A stretch of DNA of 64,000 nt. Origin: Eledone cirrhosa. Taxonomy: Eukaryota. The notes below the pieces were generated by a model that ran no database searches, was not told the DNA's origin, and worked only from the letters and a program-made list of their open reading frames with translations. Made by a program: the position numbers and the translations under genes. How positions within the stretch are numbered: position 1 is the stretch's first letter; every line of letters starts with the position of its first letter. Location of the stretch: contig OZ024741.1 in NCBI GenBank assembly GCA_964016885.1, positions 221,712,001 through 221,776,000 on the forward strand, in the 5' to 3' direction. Shown here in pieces: positions 53,013 to 64,000 of the stretch.

Positions 53013-53150
53013 AATCTCTCCACTAATGAAGATATTGTAACCATTTGAATTAATAAATGTTTTTAGTTATTTTTTTCTAATTCATTACAAGGAGTTAATA
53101 TGCATATGAAATTGATAGCTTTCCTAATTTTTTCTTTCTTTATGTCACAG

Positions 53151-53359
53151 GTAAAACATCAATAATCAAAGCACTTACTGCAGCTGCCAAACTAAAACCT
53201 GTTGATAAACTGTTTGCTACTCTTGATATCACTGCTCATGCAGGGCTTCTACCAAACCATATGACTGTTATTTATATTGATACTGTTGGCTTTATATCAA
53301 ATATCCCAACCACACTTATAGATGCATTTGCTGCTACACTTGAAGATGCAATTATTGCA
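53151..53359 (+). CDS. GTPBP6: GTPBP6 exon 8 (KTSIIKALT..DKLFATLDIT..YIDTVGFIS..FAATLEDA)
   Basis: G1 end GKT, G2 LFATLD, G3 DTVGF. tcacag| acceptor and |gtaagt donor. Confidence 0.95.
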
Positions 53360-53398
53360 GTAAGTTTCACATTTACATCTCTCCTTTGTTAGGACTCT

Positions 53399-53660
53399 CA
53401 CGAAATATCTATGGATAACTTTTGTTCTTTCACTGGTTTCAGTCATTAGATTACAACCATGCTGGGGCATTGCCTTCATTTAGTCAATCATATTGACCCA
53501 GGTACTTTGTTTCTCACAGAATATTTATGTCTGACACCAGTGAAAGAATAAAAGAAAACCATAGATATTCTGTGAAAAGCAAAGCACCAAGGTCAATATG
53601 ATTGACTACATGAAGACAATGCCCTAGCATGGCTGCAGTCTAAAGACTGAAACCAGTAAA
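53399..53660. repeat. Compound inverted repeat just downstream of the exon 8 donor
   Basis: 53399-53438 pairs with ~53536-53574, and ~53433-53530 pairs with ~53559-53657. Confidence 0.8.
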
Positions 53661-53734
53661 AACATATCAACCCCAGTAGGTTATTTTCTTAAGTATATTT
53701 TATTGATCTCCTTTTTTTTCTTGAACTCAAATTG

Positions 53735-54408
53735 GACCCGGGTATGGTAACACTGGTCGATAGCGGTTGTAGTAGTATGGAGCAAGCTATCGAGTGTTAT
53801 TCTAAGTAAAAGCATCTGCTCTGAGATTGTCTGTGTGTGTGTAGGTGGAGTTGGCAGTGTAAATTTTGTGGTTTATTTCTTTGATGAATCCTGAAGAATT
53901 GAGGCCTCGAGTGAGGTGAATGTTTTTTATGGTGTTGGGGATTACATCATTCTTCAGACAGCGTTTAAGAAGATTAATCTGGCAGCCAATCCTTGCTCGT
54001 TTCTCCGATAATCTAAATAGTCCCTTTATGGTTGCAAACTGGACCTGGTTCAGGTGTAAAGATGCCTCTCCACAAGACAACCCCCCCCCCCCCCCCCATT
54101 ACATCTCCGTATTAAAGACCATGTTAACACCAACTTGTCTTCCTTCCACAAACACATCATCAAATGCAGAAACTGGGACAATATTACCACCACAGTCTTA
54201 GCTACCGAACGCAGTATAGGCACGCTAAGAATTAAGGAAGCCCTCTTGATCAAGCAATTAAAACCTGGGATCAATAATCGAATAGAAAGAAGTGTACCTG
54301 AATGGCTGATTTAAATTATCCAACACAATTACGCCATTATTCCAACACCCCAGTTTTATTCTTTCTTTCAAATTAAATCTACATTCTCACAAAGCATACA
54401 CTTAGACT

Positions 54409-54440
<32 letters not shown>

Positions 54441-54910
54441 TCACACATTTTTCCCTGTTTATCATATACATACACACATGCCTTTCACTACGCACGCACA
54501 TACATCACTCAAATTAAATCTACGTCATCAACACATACATACATATATCACACACATATTTTTTCCCCTTATATCATATACATATTCGCACATGCCTTTC
54601 ACTACATAAGCACTACACTCTCGCACACATATACATCTACCACTAAGCACACTTACACACACGCATATATCAAACACTTTTTCTCACATATTTCACAATG
54701 TACACACTCGAAATTTGAATATCTTGTCATTACAACCGATCTTTTAAGACCTTCACAGGGATACTCCCTTGATAATGGGTTTTTAAACCCGAAAATATTT
54801 AGGATAATTAAATTTGTTATGGTAAGATAAGATTCTATCGTTATCTTGCCACCTTTAATTTTCTAATGCATTGTACGGCTTTTAAAATTATTTAAATTTA
54901 TATTTCATTT
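53735..54910. mobile_element. Second Penelope-family remnant: N-terminal ORF piece on the minus strand joined to a GIY-YIG C-terminus and 3' repeat on the plus strand
   Basis: Minus: LSEKRARIGCQINLLKRCLKNDVIPNTI (PLE N-terminal-like). Plus 54108-54314: RIKDHVNTNLSSFHKH..LRIKEALLIKQLKPGINNR. Confidence 0.7.
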
Positions 54911-55166
54911 GATTTATTTACTCTTATTGGGGTCTCATCAGAAGACATGTACATCATCAGACAATTGAGGCCTTTCATCATCATCCTCTCTCTGAACTTT
55001 AATGACTGTTTTTGTGTGAGCAAGCACAAGTAATCGTTTGTTGACATGATTTCATTAATTACCAAATTAATGGAAAAGCATTCTTTACCAAAAAATCAAC
55101 CATACTAAGTTTTTCAGTAATCATTGATTCATTCAGTTTACTATGATTTACAATCAACTGTTTTAG

Positions 55167-55315
55167 GATGTTGTAATCCATGTGAGAGATATCAGTCATG
55201 AAGATACTAGAGCTCAATCTATAAATGTTCACAATACTCTAAAAGGAATGATCAACCCACAGAAATTGGAAACTATGATTGAAGTGAGAAATAAAGTTGA
55301 TCTTTTACCTTGCAG
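55167..55315 (+). CDS. GTPBP6: GTPBP6 exon 9 (DVVIHVRDISHED..IEVRNKVDL)
   Basis: HVRDISH and G4 NKVD. ttttag| acceptor and |gtgagt donor. Confidence 0.93.
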
Positions 55316-57133
55316 GTGAGTCCATTGCATAATTTCGCAATTAAAGAGAAAATATAGGAAGATGACCTTTTAAGAAGTGTCCCACTTTTTAGAGTGGGCA
55401 CGCCATATCCTTGTATCATAAAAGGTGACTAAAAGAGTCAGGAAAGGCATCAAGTTGTAAAAACAGTGTCTTAAATCATCCTGTCCAAACCCATGCCAGC
55501 ATGGAAAAGAGGACATAAAAACAATGATGAACCAATAACTAGTAACAAATCCTAACAATATACTACTAATATGAAGGTGTAAGACTTAGTGGTTAAGGTG
55601 TTTATCTCAAGATTATACAGTCATGAGATTTATTCTCGGTGGTACATTGTGTCCTGGAATAAGACACTTTATTTTCATGTTCTAGTCGACTCAACTGGCA
55701 AAAAATGAGTTACACCTGCAATTAAAAGAGCCAATCTTGTCACACACTGTATCATACTGAGAACTATATTTTAGGACACACATGGCTATGGAATGCCCAG
55801 CCCCTTGTTAATTTCATGATCAGACCATCCTGTTGACTGAACAAATACAACACTCGTCACCAAAGCCAGTGGAAGTCCAACACACTACTAATATAATAGT
55901 AATACATTGTTAATATATTAGGGGGAATCAATTAACAAGATCTCAGACCTCATTCGCTTTCCATTATTGATACTCTCTACCAATCGCAATTCCTGGTGGA
56001 AAGAGCAACATGAAATAAAGTCTCTTGCTTATGGACATAATGCATCACCTGGTTCAGAAATCAAACTCGCAACATCACGTTTTCGAATCCAATTCCTCTA
56101 CAAGGAATACACTAATAATGTAATACTAATGTAATATTAGTGATGTTTCATTAAAATCCAACTGGAATCAATTCTTAGGTCTTCCCATGTTTTAAGATGC
56201 AGCAAGGTGTCTAGCCCAGTCGATCTGCCACACCTGTCCAACTGATTCATGCGTGTATCAGGTCCTCCTGGAATGCTCAGTGAATGGTATTTTGGAGTCA
56301 GCCCCTCCATCACTTTCCCTTCCCTGATGTCCATGACACTTGCATACCAAATTAGGAAATTATTTATATGGTAGCTATGTGTAGAAAGAAGATGCAAAAT
56401 TTCTAGGCATAGCACAATTACAACAATGATAGTCAAAATTATATATAGTCTCTGAACTATAGTTTTGTTTAAAAGTTTTTTTAATCTCCAATTATTTACT
56501 CTTTCACTGATTTCAGTCATTGAACTAGGGCACTGCCTTGATTCAATCATATCAACCCCCCGGTCAAGTTTGGTACTTATTTTATCAATCTCTTTTTTTG
56601 TCAAATCACAAAATTATGGAACACACACATGCATATATATATATATATACAATGGGCTTCTACAGTTTCTGTCTACCAAATTCTGTTTATTGGTCAACCA
56701 GAAGCTATTGTAGAAGACACTTGCTCAAGGTGCCACTTACCAGGACTAAACCCAAAACTATATGGTTGTGAAGCAAACTCCTAAACGCACAGCTATGCTT
56801 ATGCATAACAATTTTCATCTGGAGCTCAATCAATTTCTACCATTTTATGAAAACAAACTAAAAATGGATTCATGCTGGGTATCAAAAAGTTTGATAATGC
56901 AAAAGTCACAAAATTCAGTGGGTTAGCATTCTTTATCATCTTCATTTAACGTCTATTTTCCATTCTTGCATGGATTACATGAGCAGTCATGCTTATATCC
57001 TCCATTTTTGTTCTAGTTTCTACAACTGGATGCCCTTCCTAATCCCAACCATTTTACAGTGTGTGTTGAGAGAATTGTATTGTGACTCCAGCACTACCAA
57101 ATGACTTACAACACTAAAATTACTTTGTTTCAG

Positions 57134-57295
57134 GGAAAATTTAGAAAGTGAGTCAGAACCAAAATATATATACACAGATGCCAGCAATGGAATGGGAATT
57201 GGAAAACTGAAACTTAGTATTCAAGATGTATTACTTAATAATAGTAACTGGAGACAAAAGCGGTTCCGTATCAATATGGGCAGCCCTTTGTTTCA
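57134..57295 (+). CDS. GTPBP6: GTPBP6 exon 10 (ENLESESEPKYIYTDASNGMGIGKLK..RFRINMGSPLF)
   Basis: G5-region xAxxGxG. tttcag| acceptor and |gtaagt donor. Confidence 0.85.
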
Positions 57296-57417
57296 GTAAG
57301 TATTGCCAAAAAATATTGTTGCCTCTATTTTTACCTGTAAATACTAATCATCTGAGTGTTTCACCTGTTATTTGTTTCATTATATATAAATATAACTTCT
57401 ATTTTACCAACTTCTAG

Positions 57418-57571
57418 ATGGCTACAACAAGAAGCAAGCATTGTTTCAGCTGTTCCTGATTCAACCAAAGAAAACCTTGTTGTCACAGTGATCATCACAG
57501 ACTCTACATACCAACGCTTTAAAGCAGAATTTAAGAAACAAACTAAGAAATACATCCAGATTGCAACATAA
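57418..57571 (+). CDS. GTPBP6: GTPBP6 exon 11, terminal (WLQQEASIVS...YQRFKAEFKKQTKKYIQIAT*)
   Basis: ttctag| acceptor and TAA stop. The 11 exons sum to 1668 nt (555 aa plus stop), in frame. Confidence 0.88.
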
Positions 57572-57879
57572 TGGAAACTAGTGTTTTGGGTAGTGTGAAC
57601 TCACACTGGAATATTAACGAACTCTATGAGCTTACATTAATGAGCTGTATCACCTTACAGTAATCTTAATGAGCAATATGATCTCAGCAATCTAAACAAA
57701 CTGAAAAAATATACAAATGTTTCACATTGAAAAAAAAATCTAAATTAAATTTTTCTACAATTTTTCACTGATTTTAACATTATTTCAATTTTTTGTATTT
57801 TAAATCCATTTTACCCCTCCAAAGCAGAGGTTAGTCAAATGACTAGCTTTTCCATTTTGCCATATAATCTGCATCCTTT

Positions 57880-58190
57880 CTTACCAATCCCCTGGCTTTC
57901 ATTTCCATCATCTTTAGCCATGTCTTTCTTGGTCTTCCCCTTCTACCACATCTCCATAACATTCATCACTGGCTTTATTCCCATCATCTAATCATTTCAT
58001 CCTTCCTCAACATATGACCCAACCCTCTCACTCCATTTCTCTTCATATTCATCACTAGTTCTCTTCTCATCATCCTCTGCAAATCACTGACTCTCAGATC
58101 AATACTCCCATCTTCCACAAAACCATTCTCTTTTCTTTTCTTTCCAGCCTTCTCTGCTGGCTTGAGATGTTCCCACAAATTGCTGGCTGA
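57880..58190 (-). mobile_element. Degenerate RTE-like fragment between the GTPBP6 and ABCB6 stop codons
   Basis: ..GLGHMLRK..GRRGRPRKTWLK-like residues on the minus strand. Confidence 0.55.
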
Positions 58191-58426
58191 TATAATTACA
58201 AGTGAAACAACACAATAAAATCCATTTAAAATCAATAATTGGAAAAGATATTTTATTAAGTTTTGACATGTGATATTAAAATCATTTTCTCAAATTATAA
58301 ATTCATACCTTATGTTGTTGAGTTCAAAACACACATCTGTGTGTAACACTGTCATACAAACCATAAACATGAGAGTGAAAATATCTATTGAAAGTGTCTA
58401 TCTTTTTAAAAAAATTATATTCCTAA

Positions 58427-58532
58427 TTACTCATCTAATATATTCTCTGAAGAGTCATTAGTTGACTTATTTGTCAACTGTTGGTTCCACATAGAACAGT
58501 AAGTACCATTAGCTTGGATCAACTCTTCATGC
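58427..58532 (-). CDS. ABCB6: ABCB6-like terminal exon (THEELIQANGTYCSMWNQQL...DE*)
   Basis: ttgtag| acceptor, phase fits. GTHEEL..G.Y..MW is a typical ABC-B C-terminus. TAA at 58427-29. Confidence 0.88.
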
Positions 58533-59625
58533 CTACAATAGACAAACAAAGACAAGATCACATTAAATTCTTTGTATCAATTTAGAAGAAAAAAGAGTGA
58601 TAGATTAGATTGAATAAAATGTAATTGCAGTATTTGTTCTAGTTCTTTACAATCCTGCCACAGTCAACTTAGCCTTATTCTGGGGTCAATAAAATAAAGT
58701 AGCAGTAAAGTACAGATATTTATTTAATCAACTCTAGCCTTCTCCAAAATTTTCTGTGCTTGTGCCTAAACATTAATTCAAATGTTTATAGTATCCTGGA
58801 CTGATGCTTTATTTACTGACCCACCCCAAAAGGATGAATGTCAAAGATAACCTCAGCGGAATTTGATCTCAGAAGGCAGAAACATTTAATCCAACATTCT
58901 AACACTGCCAATTCCCTGTTTATTATCTAAACCTTGCACTGCCTATGGTTTTCTAAGAATTTTTAATAGAATCAAGAATTTAGAAAGATTTAGTAATATA
59001 CCTTTATTATACTAGTGTTTGGAACATAATGGTTCTTACATAAAACTATGATGGAAGGTTTTGAGATAAACAAAGGGTCAAGAGGTCTCTCTAGTTATGT
59101 CAAAGACATGAAAACCTCCCTTATGCTGGTGCCATGCTAAGAGGTTTGTAGATCTGATTAAGTACTAATTTAGGCTGTGACAACCCATCCAATCTTTGTT
59201 AATGGGGGAAAATGAACATTAAATGATGGTGATAAAACAGTTTTATATCACAGAACCAGGGGTAGTTTGGTAAGAAAAGGGTTAACAATAGTAAGATAAA
59301 CAGTGAAGTGTAGTTTCTTGGGGTCAACTTTCACATCTTTTTTGGTCTTCATCATCCATATTATCTTTTGTAGAATTCAAATAACAACAATACTTCCAGT
59401 GTTCAACTTACTCTGGTCTTACCAGACCAATAACAAAACAATGAATAGCAGCTCATTGATTTAAAGAGGCAGCAGCAGGACCAATGCTAAAATATGGAAT
59501 ATATGAGCAATATATGGTTTCTCAACCCATCTAGTCTCCGTCCATGACAATTTGTCCAACCCATGCCAATATGAAAAGTTGACTATGATGATGATATCTC
59601 AAAATAACAAGAAATATGTACTTAC

Positions 59626-60003
59626 GTTCCTCGTTCTATAATTTCTCCTTCTTGAAGAACTAAAATCTGATGAGCGTGAATAATAGTGGATAGTCGATGT
59701 GCAACAATAATGGTTGTCCTGTTTTCACATACACGTGCTAAAGATGCTTGGATGTTTCTCTCAGTTTCTGTATCTAGAGCTGAAGTGGCTTCATCGAGAA
59801 GGACAATAGCTGGAGCCTTTAGTAATGTCCGAGCAATTGCAACTCTTTGCTTTTCCCCACCACTTAACTTCAGCCCTCTTTCTCCAACAAGTGTATCATA
59901 GCGGTTCGGAAATGACATAATTCGGTCGTGAATGTCAGCACCAGCTGCAGCTTCCTGAATATCTCGTTCATCACTCTTAAAACGGCCATAACGGATGTTA
60001 TAT
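59626..60003 (-). CDS. ABCB6: ABCB6-like exon with ABC signature, Walker B and H-loop
   Basis: [62 protein letters not shown], closer to ABCB6/HMT1 than ABCB7. ctgtag| acceptor and |gtaagt donor. Confidence 0.93.
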
Positions 60004-60174
60004 CTACAGAAAGACAAGAAAAGAAAGCTGGATTAATTATGCATATTCTTGCAGATCTTTATATCTCAATTACAATTGTAGCAAATATAATAAATCTTAA
60101 GTTTTTTTTATTTGCTTTCTTTATAAATGTAAATATGTTTGCCAAATAAATTTTGGATATAAACACTTCTTTGC

Positions 60175-60535
60175 CCACATATTCTTGAGAAGGTAGTTGG
60201 GGCAGAATACTCAAGTACTCTTTCTAGCAGGTCCTGTCAGAAGCAACCATCTCCAATTGATCCAGCTGGATCCCCAAGTGAGATAAGTCAAGCTCGTGGA
60301 TGTTATCCAATCATCTTGCTTGGAATCTACCCCTGGGTCTCCTGCCGGTTGGTTTTGCTTATAAAATCTGTTCAGTGATTCTTTCCTAAGACATTCTAAT
60401 GAGTTGTCCATAACAATGGAGCAGTGATCTCTCAATTCAGAGAAGTAGCAACTCTCTGATCTCCAACTTATGTACTCTATCGAGTAACATTATTCCAAAA
60501 GCCCTTCGGAAAAACTCCATTTTGGTCGCTTGTAT
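60175..60535 (-). mobile_element. RTE LINE 3' fragment in an ABCB6 intron
   Basis: Homologous to 34855-35320 (..LLLxIERSL..YGQLIRM..KPTGRRPRGR). Confidence 0.7.
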
Positions 60536-60971
60536 TAATAATGTATTTAATAAATATGATTTACATACAAACACAATATGTATAATAAATATGATTTACA
60601 TATAAAAACAATTTATATAATGAATATGATTTATATATATATAAAAAAAATTATATAATGAATATGATTTACATATAAACACAATTTATTTCATTAACAA
60701 CATTTTAACTTTCATTAACTCTTAAAACAGGTTCATTAATTCAAATGTTTACAATATCTTTACTAGTGTACAGATCATTGTGAAAATTTGCAGTATTAGA
60801 AAAACGACTTTAATATTTAATATGAAGCGGTCAGTACTGTTTTGTACTTTTCAAGAATATATTCTAATGTGGTTTGTTAATTCAAATGTTTATATTCTCT
60901 TTACTAGTGAGCAGATCATTGTTTCATGCACTACAGGATATTAAGATTTTTGATAAAATACAACATTTTAC

Positions 60972-61045
60972 CTGATGTTGTCATTAAAAAGAACAGTGTC
61001 TTGTGGTACAACACCTATATATTGACGAAGAGAACTCTGGGTAAC
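60972..61045 (-). CDS. ABCB6: ABCB6-like exon (VTQSSLRQYIGVVPQDTVLFNDNIR; Q-loop)
   Basis: ttctag| acceptor and |gtaaaa donor; phases fit. Confidence 0.93.
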
Positions 61046-61495
61046 CTAGAAACAAGAAAACAAAATTGATATTATAAAAATCAAATTATGGCTGTTATTG
61101 GTTTCTAAACTTACATCTGACTGTTACTCTGGAGTTTCCCCAGTGTTTACAGGATCATCAGGGTCTTGACTATCAAAGCCGACCCTATAAACAAGCAGGA
61201 GAAACTCCAGAATAATAGGACACTGACTTGACCTTAATAAAACTATTAATCTTTACTATGGTATTGAGTACTCGTTCTCACAACCATCAATACAAAACTA
61301 ATACACAACAGTGGAAGGGGTGGGATTTGAACAAGCCAGGTCACATTCACACAGGATGAGTAAGATAAGTAACGGACACTCTAGCAGAAATGGGTGAAGT
61401 GGGGGGTGCTGAGCATCTAAGGAGTACATACATACACATTTAACATTAACAAATACATGGAAATTCTCAGAAGGAAGAAAAGCATGACCACTTAC

Positions 61496-61600
61496 CAAAG
61501 ATATGTCTTGATTATCAATTTTAATACTCCCTCCTTGGATATCATAGAATCGGAACAAAAGCCTCACAATGGTACTCTTCCCGCTACCAGTGTGACCAAT
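61496..61600 (-). CDS. ABCB6: ABCB6-like exon with Walker A ([35 protein letters not shown]); upstream exons not found in this window
   Basis: GxxGxGKS/T motif. tacaag| acceptor and |gtaagt donor. Confidence 0.92.
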
Positions 61601-61835
61601 CTTGTAAAAAAATGAAAGAAATTCTTGAAGATAACATTCATAAATCCTCATCATCATAATCATCATGATCGTTATGTTTAATACTTAGTCTTGTCAGTAC
61701 TTAATAAAAGATACAGTTCTCCTAGAGAAGGCAAAAGATCCCTTTTAGCAGGATTTCTACAGCTGGGTGCCCTTAACACCCTTAACAGGGTGTACATCTT
61801 ATCCATTGCCCTTAGGCAAGACAGCAGGCACAACT

Positions 61836-62281
61836 TCATGCCAACAGTCTGTTTTCCATCAAGGTTATTAGGTCATCCTTGTCAATACCAGTGTCTCTTG
61901 CTATGGTATTTTGGTATCTAACTCTTCTGGTAGAAGAGATCTCCTGCAACATGAGGTCTGAAACCAGCTCATCTTTTGCATGGAAGCAGTGTCCCCCAAA
62001 CCTTGTACAACATTCAATCAGTTGTGCACTTACTGAGATTTCTCCATATACCTGATTAAGCATGGGATGGGTCTGCCAAGGAAGAAGAGTAGTGAAACAT
62101 CCATCTAAACTACTCTGTAGATGGGAGTCTACAGTCCAAGTCTCAGAACCATAGAGAAGGATAGGCTCTACTGTTGTTCTAAACAGGCTGATTTCAAGTT
62201 TGTTTGGTATATTGGATTTCCTAATTTTATCCAGCTTATGAAATGCATTCCAGGCCAGGGATGTCCATATTAGGAAGTCCT
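61836..62281 (-). mobile_element. RTE-clade LINE fragment
   Basis: AWNAFHKLDKI..LFRTTVEPILLYGSETWT..LDGCFT..RFGGHC. Confidence 0.8.
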
Positions 62282-62622
62282 TGTAGCGGTTGTCTCCCTT
62301 GTTTTGATTGGGATCTAGACGGGAGGTGGAACCCTTTCTCAAACTTCCGGTCAGAGCCCTATAAAACTAACAACTTTAAGCTTCCTCCCTCTCTTTGCCT
62401 TTTCGGCACCAGGTCGAAGAGTCTTCTCATTTGGCTCTGCCATTAATTTGGCCAACAGGCGCCTGGCCTTAGCCAGGCGCCCTCTGCCAGCCGCGTTTGC
62501 CTGGCATTCAAAACGGTAACTACTAACTTTGTTTCATTCTAACATCTATCTTTGACATGTCAAGTATTCTATCTACCGTTAATTAAATATTATTTACACA
62601 AACATTGTCTCGTTTTGTTACA
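62282..62622 (+). mobile_element. Solo-LTR-like element (TGTAGCGG...TGTTACA)
   Basis: TG..CA ends, CTATAAAA at ~62360, ATTAAA at ~62582. Similar to 52573-53012. No clear TSD. Confidence 0.55.
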
Positions 62623-62865
62623 TTCATACAGCCAGTATTCTCGCTATATTGGTAACCCTGACGTGATACGAACACGCAGCCGTTCATCGCTATAAGTGGT
62701 CACCCCCAAAAAAAGAAAAAAATAGCACATCTGGTTTTGTGAGTAACATTACGAATACACAGCAAATTTAGCGACAAACTATGAAAATACTCAAGGTCAC
62801 GCACACACGCACATGTGGAATTCGCACAGACATACTTTTTCTCTCACGCATCAATTAACTGTCGC

Positions 62866-63066
62866 ATTTCACCAATATATATATATATATGTTTCTCGTT
62901 TCTTACAACGAACACTTTCAAAACAAAAAAAAACATTTCACGATATATATATATGTTTCTCGTTTCTTACAACGAACACTTTCAAAACAAAAAAAAAACA
63001 TTTCACGATATATATATATGTTTCTCGTTTCTTACAACGAACTCTTTCAGAACACAAAAAAAAAAA
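62866..63066. repeat. ~66-bp tandem repeat, 3 copies
   Basis: tttcacgatatatatatatgtttctcgtttcttacaacgaacactttcaaaacaaaaaaaaaca repeated. Confidence 0.9.
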
Positions 63067-64000
63067 GAAATTTGATATTCTTTAAAAAACATTTCAACAG
63101 GAACATTTATTTTCGATGAACCATTGCCTTTTGTTCATCGTTCAAGTTTTTTGTTTTTTTCAAAAGTTCACACCAATGATTATGCTGATTGAAGCCTTTC
63201 TTTTTCATCATTGTCACTTTCAAAATTGCACTATCATTTTCTCGCGCGTTAGAAATATTTTTTTTCAACCTTGTATTGGCACGTGTAGGCAGCATAAATT
63301 CTCGATTCACTGAGATGTCTCTTACTCACAGACAGCCGCACGCCAGAGATAGCATTTCTCCCCCAAGGATTCTTCAGCCTTAAGCTATATTCTTCTATTT
63401 GCCGGTTTATAAGTTTACAATGTAAATTTACCGTTGATAACCGCGCATTTATTAAGAATGCTTATTTCTCTGGTCGCTGGCCTCTTGACCCTTCCAGGTC
63501 AACGCATTCTCAACATCGACCATCAACTTCGGCTGCTATTTCTAGCACTTTGCGCAACTCATTTTTTTCTAAAAAAAAAAATTTTTTTACTGTGAATTTA
63601 AACACCGAATACGCTCACTCAGCGAGACAACAGCAGCAGCAACAGCAACAGCAATACATCAATACAGCTTCACCAAAGCCAGAGAATTCATTTTTGCAGC
63701 ACTCTTCCTGTGAGAAAATCCATTCGGAGGTTGGAAATTTCACGATATACCACAGAACAGAAACCACCTGCATTCATTCTCTGGAACACATTCTTTCCTG
63801 CTGTCATGTGATTGCACACCTGTGAACTATATTTTGAACTTTGAGCTCTTCTATTACTTTTACTTTATTACATTGTATCTTTGGGTGATGGATAGATGGA
63901 TGTCCAGTCGTTCTCTGGCCAAGAGCGGTTGGCTACCTTGATATCTATCATTGATTTTTCCAGGCATTCTTTTGTCGTAATTTTCATGCCTGTTACAACA

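Larger units (their letters stand above)
50950..53060 (+). repeat. Diverged ~130-bp tandem/dispersed intronic repeat (tactgcaaattttcacaatgatctgtccactagtaaagatactataaacatttgaatt); also at ~48900-49275 and inverted at ~60730-60920
   Basis: Core motif near 51020, 51150, 51790, 51925 and 52550/53017 (split), plus the outlying sites. Confidence 0.8.

Noticed and set aside
62640-64000. Decayed piggyBac-like transposase C-terminus on the minus strand, or further ABCB6 exons
   Set aside because: Only faint Cys/His spacing across broken frames, no convincing TIR, and no ABCB6-like peptide with splice sites found.

Overview
Eukaryotic (animal) genomic DNA, AT-rich outside the array. The SINE and RTE repeat families resemble those of octopus/coleoid cephalopods; this is an inference, not a database result. 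1-24994 is a ~520-copy tandem array of a 48-bp unit. Its giant minus-strand 'ORFs' are most likely a by-product of a stop-free unit. The unit aligns at about 33/48 nt, ungapped, with 48-bp subrepeats inside a dispersed RTE-3'UTR/SINE family in the same window. 25-35 kb is repeat-rich: a ~0.9-kb duplication, a Penelope terminal-repeat fragment with a hammerhead motif, a 3x617-bp tandem of unknown type in (TA)n, a dead CRE-like non-LTR retrotransposon and an RTE fragment. 35797-57571 (+) is an 11-exon GTPBP6 (HflX-family GTPase, 555 aa by my splice model). Its introns hold a Penelope/Neptune-like element with long inverted repeats and minimal hammerhead ribozymes, a non-autonomous Helitron, a solo LTR, nested MITEs and fold-backs. 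58427-61600 (-) holds the last four coding exons of a convergent ABCB6-like half-transporter. I find no clearly new protein-coding system. The best leads are the satellite's origin from a retroelement subrepeat, the Penelope hammerheads and the unexplained 617-bp trimer.
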